Of a DNA stretch of 62,126 bases, positions 30,042 to 39,325 are shown in pieces. Position 1 is the first letter of the stretch. Each line of letters starts with the position of its first letter. A program made the position numbers and the translations under genes. The stretch is from Candidatus Brocadiia bacterium (GTDB lineage: Bacteria; Planctomycetota; Brocadiia; SM23-32): contig JBKHIT010000025.1 in NCBI GenBank assembly GCA_046538485.1, forward strand, positions 1 through 62,126, in the 5' to 3' direction. Under the pieces are notes generated by a model. The model had not been told where the DNA came from. It did no database searches and was given only the letters and a program-made list of their open reading frames with translations.

Positions 30042-30245
30042 GGCTTGGAATTATGAGTGGAAGGAAGCTCAGTATACGAAACGCCAGGAGGAGTTGAATC
30101 TTTTGAGTAAGGAAAAAGCTATTTCCCCCCGGTTGTCAATGGGCTGTAGCGCGGATGCGTGCGGCCTGTGGAATTCGCTTTTCGTATTTTCGCAGCATGG
30201 TCTGTGGAAAAAGTCATGACTTATTGCCCATCCATGGAGGTTACT

Positions 30246-33200
30246 ATGTTTCACCGTCTTTCTACGCTGTGCTTTGTCGTCGCTTTTGTTTTTCTCGCTA
30301 CTACCTCGATACAGGCTAAGAATCGCAATCCACATCTTCAGCCCGTCGGTGTGGACAGCAGCGCGGTTGAGGTGAAGCCGGATGCGCCGGGCACCTACTA
30401 CCTGGAGATGGATGCGGCTGTACCGCCGGATCGGCCCGAAATGGGCGTCCGGTATAGCGTCTGGGTCGGGGATCGCGAAATCGTCGAGCAGATGGGCCGC
30501 GGGAAGTGGGATGTGAACTTCATCCCTTATTTCGCTATCGACCCGGTCGGTGACGGCAAGACGGGTCGGTTCCGCTACGTTCGTCCGATAAAGGTCAAGG
30601 CCGGCCAGAGCGTTTACGTAACCTATCCGAGTAAGGGCGGGACGTTTTTCGACGACAAACCGAGGCCGACCGTGTCCCCGAGGTGGGAGGGGCGGATCGA
30701 CAATGTGCGTCTGCGCCCGGCGGTCGAGGGCATTGGTGCGTCGATGTCCACCGGCGCCGACCATCACGTGTTCTTTCCCTCGGAGAATCCCACCGCCACG
30801 ATCCGGTTGACAGGCCCGCCGGGGAAGAGTGTTCAGGGCCAACTGGCCCTGCAGTCGCTGCACCTGGCGGATTCACTTGGCGGCAACAACTGGAATGCCG
30901 ACACGCGTGTCAGCGAAATCCAGCGCACGCGGACCGAGCCCGTCGAGGTCGAATTCGACGACAACGGTAAGGCCAGGCTCAACATCAAGCTGCCGAACGA
31001 CGCCTATCGACTGCTGGGCGCGACGCTGATGCTCGAGCAGGGCAAGAAGCTATGGACACGTTACCTCGGCTCGGTCGCCATTGTGCCCGAGCGCGACACT
31101 ACCAGCTGGCACCGTGACGGGTTTTTCCTTGTCAGTCCGCACCTGGACGTGCGTAAGGGTCGGCCTAACTCCCGGGCGACCACCTTCGGCGCCGGTGCGT
31201 TGATGGAGGCGCTGAAGAAGATGGGCCTCGACTGGATACGCCAGCCGTTCTTCTGGAAGATGTGGGAGCCGGAGGAAGGTAAGGTTACCTGGAAGGAGAC
31301 CGACGTGTTGATGGAGACTTTGCGAAAGCATCGGATCAACCTGATGCACATCGTCGGCCCCGTGCCGAGATGGGCGCGGACGCCTGAGACCGACGAGATG
31401 GACAAGACCGGCTACCGGGGTGGTTGGAAAGTCGACACCACGCCCGATCCGGAGCGGCTCGATCAGTTCAGCCAGGCGCATGCTAAGTTCTTCCAGCGCT
31501 ATAGCGACATGATTCGCGGCACCAACGTGTGGAATGAGCCGTGGGAAGGATTCGGTATCACCGGCTGGATGTCGACGGGCGAGCATTACCGCGAGATCAT
31601 ACGTGCGATCCGCAAGGCCGCCGACACCGTGGACCCGCCGCTGAGGGTTATCGCTGCCGACTCGCCCCACAACACGCAGTGGAAGCTGTTTGCCGCCGAT
31701 ATGGAAGACGCTATCGACGCGATCAGCACCCACTACATGGACCCGATGGCCGGGCATGCATTCGCGTTGGCCAATTACTACGGTAAGGATGTGTGGGAGA
31801 CCGAAACGTGGCTGGCGTGGCGCGGTGATAACAACTCGATCCGCCACGCATTGGGTTACCTCGCCCTCGGCGGTGATCGGATCAGCCTGTGGCATCCGGC
31901 TATGCTGTTTACCAACAAGGGTTACCCGACGACCTCGGTGGTCTGGGCCGCGGCCATGCGCCACCTGCTTCGCGATACCGACTTCAGCCAGGTCCTTCAT
32001 CCCGAACGTCCGCCGTTCGTGCTGCTGTTTGAGGGGCGCGATACCGATCGGCACGTCGCGGTTGTGGTGACCAACGTCGCTTCCCGGGCTAAGAACCCGC
32101 GCGAGATGTTCCGCTACCAGTTCCGCAACGACCAGTTGCAGATGCGGTTACCCGCGGACCAGCGCCTGGAATTCTACGACGTGCAGGCCAATACGATGCA
32201 GCCGGACCGATCCGACGATCATCTGAACATCCCCGTCAATGCCACTCCGCGCTACGTCGAGTTCCGGGGGCCGGTTGAGGAGTTCAGGGACCTGCTGACC
32301 GGCGCAGACTATCAGGACCTGACACCCGTGGAAATCGTCGTGCCCGGCGACCTGACCACGTCGTTGTCGCAGGACCCGCAGCTTGCCATCGAACTGCGTA
32401 ACGCCTATGACGAGCCGATCGAGGGCGAGGTTGTCGTGCAGGCAGATGCCCTCAAGCTGGGCGATTCGTCTCAACAGTTTACGCTGGAGCCCGTCGAGCG
32501 CCGCACCTTCCATTTTCCCGTCACCGGCGCGACTACAGCTGCCAACAGGTACCCGATCCGCGTCCGCGTTCGGACTGATCACGGCAATACCGAGCACGAG
32601 GAGACGATCCATCAGGCACTCATCGTGCAGGGCAGCCCAACCATCGATGGCAACATCGACGAATGGGGCCAGTTCGGTGCCGTGCCCGTGCTTCTGTCGG
32701 CCGATCAGGCCCAGCTTGGCGCGAGCCTGACCGAACAGGCGTGGTTCCCCTGGAAGGATTTGGCCACCGATACGCAGGAGTTCACCGCGCAGGTTGCCTT
32801 CGCGGCCGATGAGGAGAATCTGTACCTGATGGCCCGGGTGCGTGATGGCTCGCGCAATCAGCCGCCTTCCATGCTCACCGATGAGCAACTGCATGAGTTC
32901 CAGGAGGGTGCCGAGCACATCTACGTCAAGGCTGGCCCGATCCCCGGCGCCAGCGGGGACATGTTGCTGTGGAACCTCGGCCACGAGAACCAGCACAATC
33001 CGAAATACGAGGTCCATCCCCCGGACCATCCGCTCCATCGGATGGGCTCGCTGTTGCGACATCAATTCCAGTACATGATCTACCCGACCGGCGATGGCGA
33101 GGCCGAGATTATGCGCGTTCGCAAGCCCGGTTTCTACTACATTCATCCGCTGCCCATCGACTATGTCTGGCTCAAGGATAACGCCACCGTCGAGGGCGCC

Positions 33201-33461
33201 AGGGTGGTGGTCAACCGTCGTGAGGCCGGCTACACCTACGAGGTCGCCATTCCGTGGCGTGAGCTGGAAGGCGTGCCGCATGCCCCCGGTGATCGGGTGC
33301 GGATGAACTTCGCCGTGCAGGACAAAGGCTCGGGCAATCGGCTGACCTGGTCGGCCGGCCGCGGACTTTCCACTAAAAGCAAGATCGCCTTTGAGCCTAC
33401 CTGGACCAGCGACTGGACCAACGAAACCTGGTGGGGCTTTGTCACGCCACCGGCCAAATGA
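30246..33461 (+). CDS. Large secreted clan GH-A-like barrel protein with CBM9-like domain (B2)
   Basis: Signal peptide (SIQA|K). GLDWIR..W..WEPEEG, VWNEPWEG, ISTHY, VWETETW, PTIDGNIDEW, YEVAIPW. GGAGG RBS. Confidence 0.78.
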   Translation: MFHRLSTLCFVVAFVFLATTSIQAKNRNPHLQPVGVDSSAVEVKPDAPGTYYLEMDAAVPPDRPEMGVRYSVWVGDREIVEQMGRGKWDVNFIPYFAIDPVGDGKTGRFRYVRPIKVKAGQSVYVTYPSKGGTFFDDKPRPTVSPRWEGRIDNVRLRPAVEGIGASMSTGADHHVFFPSENPTATIRLTGPPGKSVQGQLALQSLHLADSLGGNNWNADTRVSEIQRTRTEPVEVEFDDNGKARLNIKLPNDAYRLLGATLMLEQGKKLWTRYLGSVAIVPERDTTSWHRDGFFLVSPHLDVRKGRPNSRATTFGAGALMEALKKMGLDWIRQPFFWKMWEPEEGKVTWKETDVLMETLRKHRINLMHIVGPVPRWARTPETDEMDKTGYRGGWKVDTTPDPERLDQFSQAHAKFFQRYSDMIRGTNVWNEPWEGFGITGWMSTGEHYREIIRAIRKAADTVDPPLRVIAADSPHNTQWKLFAADMEDAIDAISTHYMDPMAGHAFALANYYGKDVWETETWLAWRGDNNSIRHALGYLALGGDRISLWHPAMLFTNKGYPTTSVVWAAAMRHLLRDTDFSQVLHPERPPFVLLFEGRDTDRHVAVVVTNVASRAKNPREMFRYQFRNDQLQMRLPADQRLEFYDVQANTMQPDRSDDHLNIPVNATPRYVEFRGPVEEFRDLLTGADYQDLTPVEIVVPGDLTTSLSQDPQLAIELRNAYDEPIEGEVVVQADALKLGDSSQQFTLEPVERRTFHFPVTGATTAANRYPIRVRVRTDHGNTEHEETIHQALIVQGSPTIDGNIDEWGQFGAVPVLLSADQAQLGASLTEQAWFPWKDLATDTQEFTAQVAFAADEENLYLMARVRDGSRNQPPSMLTDEQLHEFQEGAEHIYVKAGPIPGASGDMLLWNLGHENQHNPKYEVHPPDHPLHRMGSLLRHQFQYMIYPTGDGEAEIMRVRKPGFYYIHPLPIDYVWLKDNATVEGARVVVNRREAGYTYEVAIPWRELEGVPHAPGDRVRMNFAVQDKGSGNRLTWSAGRGLSTKSKIAFEPTWTSDWTNETWWGFVTPPAK

Positions 33462-33521
33462 GCTTTCACACCCCGCGCCGAGTCGTCGATCGCATCGGAT
33501 TCACTGAGAAAGGAAACGCAC

Positions 33522-36500
33522 ATGACCTGTCGAACGCGAATTCTGATGACAGCCACGGCATGGCTTGCTCTTATGGCCGGCGCGGTTATTGCCGGCCAGG
33601 ACGAACAGGCCGGCGGCATCCCGGTGCGATTCTCGCTGGACGAACCGGGCTACGTTACCCTCGTGGTTGAACACAAGAACGGTGAGCGCGTCAGGAACCT
33701 GATCAATAATACCCACTTCGAGGCGGGTGACCACACCCTCTGGTGGGACGGATACGACGTGGGAAAGAAAAAGGGGAAGAAATACACCTTCGATGTGATT
33801 CGGCATCTGGTTGAGCCCGGGACCTACAGGGTGCGCGGTATTGTGCATGGCGAGATGGGCCTGAATTACATCGCGTCGGCCCAGGCGCCGGGCAGCCCAC
33901 CCTGGTTCACCGCGGATCGTTCGGGGGGCTGGCTGGCTGATCACACTCCGCCCTCGGGCATGTTGTTCCTGCCCGACGGTTCGCCCCACGGCGACCAGCC
34001 GCAAATGATGGTATCGGCGCCCACCGGTGAGGCCGGGCACAGCGTGATTTGGCTGGACATGAAAGGTACGAAATTGTGGGGCGGGAAGATCCGCGGATGG
34101 AAGTCGGGCAAACTCAATGCGCACGATACCGGCGAAGAGGCATCAAGCCGGCATTATGCGTATTCGCTGGTGGACAAGATGCTGTACGGTTTGCGGCGGG
34201 GCGCTGACGAGCCGCGCAACATGTACGACGAGCTGATGCAGCTTGACGCCCCCGAGGTGCCCGAAGGTGCGCAGGAATGGAACTGGCTGGAAGTCAGCGC
34301 TCGTCAGGACATGGCAGTGCACAACCGCTCGCTGGTTATCAGTTTCGCACGGGCGAATCGACTGGTCGTGGTGAAACTGCCCGATGACGGTTGTAAAACC
34401 GAGGTGGTGGCGACGATTAAGCTGGATGATCCGCGCGGGCTGGCATTCGACCGGCGCGGTCGCCTGTACTGTGTTAGCGGCAAGCGTGTGTTGCGATATG
34501 ACGATGCCCGGCTGGTCGAGGGTGAGCTGGGCCAGCCGCGCGTGGTGATTGGACCGGGCGAGCTGGCCGATCCGGGACGACTGATCGTCGAGCCCGACAA
34601 TCGGCTATACGTGGCCGACCTCGGGGAGTGTCACCAGGTGCGCGTGTACGACGCGGCGGGTCAGCTTTCCCACGCCATCGGCAAGCCAGGTGGACCCCAG
34701 TATGGGTTGTACGACGAGACCCGTATGGCCCGTCCCGCCGGCATGGCCGTCGACGACCGCGGGCGGCTGTGGGTGGCTGAGCTGGACTACGGCCCCAAAC
34801 GCATCAGCCGATGGGATGCACGGACCGGAGCGTTCGACCGTGCATGGTATGGTCCACCCAAGTATGGCGGCGGCGGCCAGCCCGATCCGCGCAACCCGGC
34901 GCGACACTTCTACTCCAGCGGGATTCAAGGCATCGAATTCATCATCGACCTGGAAAACGACACCTCCAGACCACGCTCGATCTACTGGCGAAAGGGCCAC
35001 AGCGCAGGGCGGTGCCCCGGCACGAGCGTCTACAGGGACGGACGCCATTACATGGTGAACACCTTTTGCGGGGCAAGCTACTTCACCAAATCCAGCGGTG
35101 ACGTGTACCTGTACGACGAGTCGCGGGGTGTGGCGGAGCGTGTGGCCCATGTCGGCCGACCGCCGGGCAAAGAAGATCTGCCGGACAAATACCTCGGCGT
35201 TAAGATGGACGATCACCCCGAACTTAAAGCCAAGATTGTACGGGAAGCCTACCAGGGCCACAAAAAGAGCCGTTTCCTCATCTGGTCCGACCTTAACCGT
35301 GACGGGAAGCCTTCGGTCGACGAGGTGCAGGCGACTAACTTCGGCATGAAACCGGTGCGACGCGACTTCGGAGGGGTAACCTTCGCTCGTGACCTGTCCA
35401 TCACCACGACCAAGGACGTGCACATCGCCGCGCCGACCTTCAATGACCACGGCGTGCCGGTATGGAAGCTTGATGAATGGACCAGCTTCGCCGGCGGCCA
35501 CGGCGAGTTTCTTTCTGATGTAATCAACGCTAACGATGGCATGTTCATCTACACCATGGGCGGGTACAGCTCGGCACGGGTAACCCGCGGGTTCCGCAGC
35601 GGCGAGCTGGTCTGGAAGATTAACGGTTGGGGTGGGCCGGGTCGGCCGGATCCGATCGCAAAACAGCCGGGCGACCTGATCAACGCTCAGCGGAACATCG
35701 GTTTTCCGTTTACGCCGACCGCCGGGGAAGCCGGTCAGTGCTTCATTCTGAACGGCAATCACGGTTCGCTGTACATGCTCACGACTGACGGACTGTTCGT
35801 GACCGACCTCGGTGGTGATCAGCGGACGCATCCGGTTCTCAGTTATCCCGAGGCCGAGCCGGGCATGATGGTGCGGAACGTGTCGTTCAAGGGCGAGCAC
35901 TTCTGGCCGGCGGTCGTGCAGATGGCCGATGGCTCGGTGCGTGTGCGTGCTGGCAAGGAAAGCGACAGCCTCTTTGAACTGGCCGGGGCCGAGACTATCC
36001 GCCGCATCGGGCCCTGGGCGGTCCAGGTCAAACCCGACCAACTCGCCGGTATGCCCGCGATGAAGATCATTCCCGGCGGACTCCGCAAAATCGAAAAAAC
36101 CGGCGAAATCCAGCTGGTCGACAGCGCCCCGAAACTCGACGGGCAACTCGATGAATGGTCCGATGCCGCATGGATGACCATCGACGCTCAGCTGGACGTT
36201 CATGCTGCGGTGCGCGTGCATGAGGGCATGCTCTATGCCGCATGGCGGACCGATGATCCAAAGCTGCTGGCCAACGACGCCGGCGACGGCTGGCCTTATG
36301 CGTTTGCCACCGGCGGCGGGCTCGATCTGATGCTCCGCACGCGAGCCGACAGCAACGAAAACAAACCCATCGAAGGCGATGTACGGTTGTTCGTCACGCG
36401 GCTGAACGATCCGGTCACCGGGTCCGTGCTTGCCGTGCGCTATCAGCAGGTCGGCGGCGAAGGCCGGTCGATTCAATACACCTCACCGGTTGGCCAGGTG

Positions 36501-37334
36501 CAGTTCGACAGCGTCCGAGACATCAGTACGCAGGTGCGCCTCGCCCAGCACAACGGCACCTATGAGCTGGCCGTACCATTGGACGTGCTCGGACTGGATG
36601 GCGTGAAACCAGGTCTGATCACGCGTGGAGACGTGGGCGTGCTGATCGGCGACGGCAGCGAGACGCGCCGCCGGGTCTACTGGCACAACCGATCAGCCCA
36701 GATGACCAGCGACATACCCAGCGAAGCCAGACTCGTCCCCGCCGAATGGGGCAGATGGATGCTGGTGGAGGCTGGCAAGCCGGGCAGCCGAGCGGCGACG
36801 GAGAGAGCCCCGGGGGTTCTGTTTGATGAGAAAACGGATCGGCTGTGGTCAGAGAAGGAAATATCGCTGCTGGAACCGGAGGGTGGGGCGTTTTCCGGCC
36901 GCCGGGCTGCTGCGGTCAGTGGTCTGGTATCGGCGCGGCCCGGTCGGTGGCCCTATCCGATCCGGCAGAATCCGGGGGAGGGGCAATACAGGTATTTGAA
37001 GTTTGCCTGGAAGCCGCAGAATCCGGGAAAAATACGTCTGAAAGTGATGGTGCAGGGCAGTGAGGTGCTAAACGCTGAGCACATGGTAAGCGCGGAAGGG
37101 CTGCTAAAGGAGAAGGAGGACGGTGAAGAGCCGGGAGAAGAGATTCTGGGGGAGCTCCAGATGGAGACTGGCACAAAAGAGGGAGGCACCGGTGAGGCCG
37201 AGGGCTGGCGCGTGGAACGAATAGATCTATGGAAGACCTGGGAACAACCTCGGCCGGTGACGTCGGTGATGTTTCGCATCAATGGCGGACAGATCTTGCT
37301 CGATGACCTGCGGCTGAGTCGCGAGAGGAAATGA
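33522..37334 (+). CDS. Large secreted FlgD-Ig/NHL beta-propeller/CBM9-like protein with extra C-terminal domain (A3)
   Basis: Signal peptide. Same motifs as A1/A2. C-terminal ~170 aa homologous to the A1 tail (YRYLKFAWKPQ.PGKI, IDLW..W, LLDDLRL). Confidence 0.8.
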   Translation: MTCRTRILMTATAWLALMAGAVIAGQDEQAGGIPVRFSLDEPGYVTLVVEHKNGERVRNLINNTHFEAGDHTLWWDGYDVGKKKGKKYTFDVIRHLVEPGTYRVRGIVHGEMGLNYIASAQAPGSPPWFTADRSGGWLADHTPPSGMLFLPDGSPHGDQPQMMVSAPTGEAGHSVIWLDMKGTKLWGGKIRGWKSGKLNAHDTGEEASSRHYAYSLVDKMLYGLRRGADEPRNMYDELMQLDAPEVPEGAQEWNWLEVSARQDMAVHNRSLVISFARANRLVVVKLPDDGCKTEVVATIKLDDPRGLAFDRRGRLYCVSGKRVLRYDDARLVEGELGQPRVVIGPGELADPGRLIVEPDNRLYVADLGECHQVRVYDAAGQLSHAIGKPGGPQYGLYDETRMARPAGMAVDDRGRLWVAELDYGPKRISRWDARTGAFDRAWYGPPKYGGGGQPDPRNPARHFYSSGIQGIEFIIDLENDTSRPRSIYWRKGHSAGRCPGTSVYRDGRHYMVNTFCGASYFTKSSGDVYLYDESRGVAERVAHVGRPPGKEDLPDKYLGVKMDDHPELKAKIVREAYQGHKKSRFLIWSDLNRDGKPSVDEVQATNFGMKPVRRDFGGVTFARDLSITTTKDVHIAAPTFNDHGVPVWKLDEWTSFAGGHGEFLSDVINANDGMFIYTMGGYSSARVTRGFRSGELVWKINGWGGPGRPDPIAKQPGDLINAQRNIGFPFTPTAGEAGQCFILNGNHGSLYMLTTDGLFVTDLGGDQRTHPVLSYPEAEPGMMVRNVSFKGEHFWPAVVQMADGSVRVRAGKESDSLFELAGAETIRRIGPWAVQVKPDQLAGMPAMKIIPGGLRKIEKTGEIQLVDSAPKLDGQLDEWSDAAWMTIDAQLDVHAAVRVHEGMLYAAWRTDDPKLLANDAGDGWPYAFATGGGLDLMLRTRADSNENKPIEGDVRLFVTRLNDPVTGSVLAVRYQQVGGEGRSIQYTSPVGQVQFDSVRDISTQVRLAQHNGTYELAVPLDVLGLDGVKPGLITRGDVGVLIGDGSETRRRVYWHNRSAQMTSDIPSEARLVPAEWGRWMLVEAGKPGSRAATERAPGVLFDEKTDRLWSEKEISLLEPEGGAFSGRRAAAVSGLVSARPGRWPYPIRQNPGEGQYRYLKFAWKPQNPGKIRLKVMVQGSEVLNAEHMVSAEGLLKEKEDGEEPGEEILGELQMETGTKEGGTGEAEGWRVERIDLWKTWEQPRPVTSVMFRINGGQILLDDLRLSRERK

Positions 37335-37451
37335 CTTCCGCTCGGCGTGGTTCCGATAGCCGTTAATGCCGGGTAATAAATTTCCGGGAATCTGGAGGAT
37401 GACCCATCTCGAAAGGCTGCGGGAAAGAAAGTAAAGGAAAGGAACCGGACG

Positions 37452-39284
37452 ATGGAAGGGCAAGAATTTGAGCTGCAGAACGCTTCGCAGACGATGAGCT
37501 TTCGGGTTAATGAAACGGGTATCTTCTGCCAAATATCGACGGACTCCGGAGATTCTGTGTCCGGACAGCTTGTGGCACAACATATGTTTTACGTCGATGA
37601 GCGAAACAACATGGATCCGTTCGCACTCGATGACAGGCTGACCTATGAAAGTGAGCATCTACGCGACCCACTGGTCTTTTTTCAGGATGGTTCCCGGGTT
37701 GAGGTGATGCAGGACGGAGCGGGTGACAGTCAGTGTGCGATCTTTCGGGAAGAGCAGGGGGGCTGGACTGCCACGGTGGCTTTTGAATCCAGTGGTGAGG
37801 ATCCTTATTTTTCTGCCGATCTTCGGTTTACGAATACGGTGCCCGCCCGATTTGGACACGAGGTTTCTCCAAATATCCCGGAATGGGCCAAAGAGCTGCG
37901 GCCTGTTACGTTTCCCAAACGCGTCGCACCTATCGGCGATGACCTCTGGAAAGATTATTTTGAGTGGGCTCACGAGATGGGGTTTAATGCCGCCATTGGA
38001 TTTGGCTGGATGTGGAAGCGTTATCAGGATGTTATCTGTGCTATCGCTCCGGAAAACGAGACTCTTGCTTTGGATTCGGAACACGGAGCGACGGAAAAAT
38101 CGGTTCGGCGCCACAATGAAATGTTGCATGAACTGGGAATGAAAAGCATCGTCTGGACACCGACGACGGGAGCATCCTCATATGCTCCAATTTGTGAGGA
38201 GCACCCGGAATGGTTTGTTCGGGACGAGGACGGGAAGCTTCGCAGCTCCTGGCGTGATGAAAATGGCGATCCGTGGCTCGTCGATAGTAATCCGTTTTCG
38301 GAAGGCTATCATCGCTACTGGCGTGACCTTATCTTCCAGATTGCGGACTGGGGATTCGACGGGGTTTTCTTGGACGGGGTAATTGCGCGTCCCTCTGACG
38401 CTTTCAGCCGTCCTTATCCCGGCCGCGTTCACGACGGGATGTACAGTGCGATACGCCGCCTGCGACGTGAGCTGGACGAAGCCGGGCTTCAGGACTTTTT
38501 GATCAAACCGGAATCGGGCGACGTGATGCTGGCAGACTCGGTCTACTGGATGAACATGCCGAGACTGAATCCGGAGCACCCTCTGGCGCCCAGCAGAGAT
38601 ATGCCGGAGGCGCTGCGCGATTCCCCGCGTTATTTCCTTGATCCGGAATGTCCGACAATCGAGAAATCGCAAATCAGCGAGCATCTGGAGCTGATCGGCC
38701 GCTCCTGGCCCGAAGGGATGCCCGGCAACTGGGGCGTTGGTTATGAAAGTGCCGGGGAGCTGACAGAGTATGATTTCGCGAAGTTGGAGTTGCGTTGCAC
38801 GTTCGGTTCCGTGGTTGGTATCGGTCTTCTCAAAGCCCGTGAAGATCCGAACTTTGAGCATTTCGCACCGGAAACCAATGGAGAGCTTCCCGCCGCGAAA
38901 GCGGAACTTAACCGAAAGTTTTTCAAGCGACTGAAAGAGCTGAGTGTTCTACGGGCAAAACATCCCGCTTTGAGCCGGGGGCGCCGAGATTTTGACACGA
39001 TACGTTCCGACAACGGTGCGGTGCCGGCTTTTGTGAGAAGCGATGGTAATGAGGATTTTTTGATCGTGGCGAATTTAAGCGGCGAAACACTCGAAATTAC
39101 GCTTCAGCTGATGGATGAGGAGCCCCAGCCTCCGTTTAGTGAGCAAGGAATTCAGGTTAGAAATCCGCTTTCAGGTGCAGAACAAACATTTAAGAAAGAT
39201 TCATTGCGGGAGGGAATGTCCCTGGAGCTTGAAGAGAACGAGGTCAAAATATGGCAAGTCACAGCATCTGGGCAAAAGCGATAA
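37452..39284 (+). CDS. Alpha-amylase-like (GH13-like fold) glycoside hydrolase, no signal peptide
   Basis: EEHPEWFVRDEDG, WGFDGVFLDG, LRAKHPALSRG..AFVRSDGNEDFLIVANLS: a GH13-type barrel plus C-terminal beta-domain pattern. Confidence 0.65.
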   Translation: MEGQEFELQNASQTMSFRVNETGIFCQISTDSGDSVSGQLVAQHMFYVDERNNMDPFALDDRLTYESEHLRDPLVFFQDGSRVEVMQDGAGDSQCAIFREEQGGWTATVAFESSGEDPYFSADLRFTNTVPARFGHEVSPNIPEWAKELRPVTFPKRVAPIGDDLWKDYFEWAHEMGFNAAIGFGWMWKRYQDVICAIAPENETLALDSEHGATEKSVRRHNEMLHELGMKSIVWTPTTGASSYAPICEEHPEWFVRDEDGKLRSSWRDENGDPWLVDSNPFSEGYHRYWRDLIFQIADWGFDGVFLDGVIARPSDAFSRPYPGRVHDGMYSAIRRLRRELDEAGLQDFLIKPESGDVMLADSVYWMNMPRLNPEHPLAPSRDMPEALRDSPRYFLDPECPTIEKSQISEHLELIGRSWPEGMPGNWGVGYESAGELTEYDFAKLELRCTFGSVVGIGLLKAREDPNFEHFAPETNGELPAAKAELNRKFFKRLKELSVLRAKHPALSRGRRDFDTIRSDNGAVPAFVRSDGNEDFLIVANLSGETLEITLQLMDEEPQPPFSEQGIQVRNPLSGAEQTFKKDSLREGMSLELEENEVKIWQVTASGQKR

Positions 39285-39325
39285 TCAGTACTTTCGCGAA
39301 CAATTGAAATAAGAAGGATAGTTTT

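Noticed and set aside
31050..36476. Long minus-strand ORFs (31050-32054, 32148-33281, 34605-36476)
   Set aside because: Antisense shadows of B2/A3 caused by codon bias.
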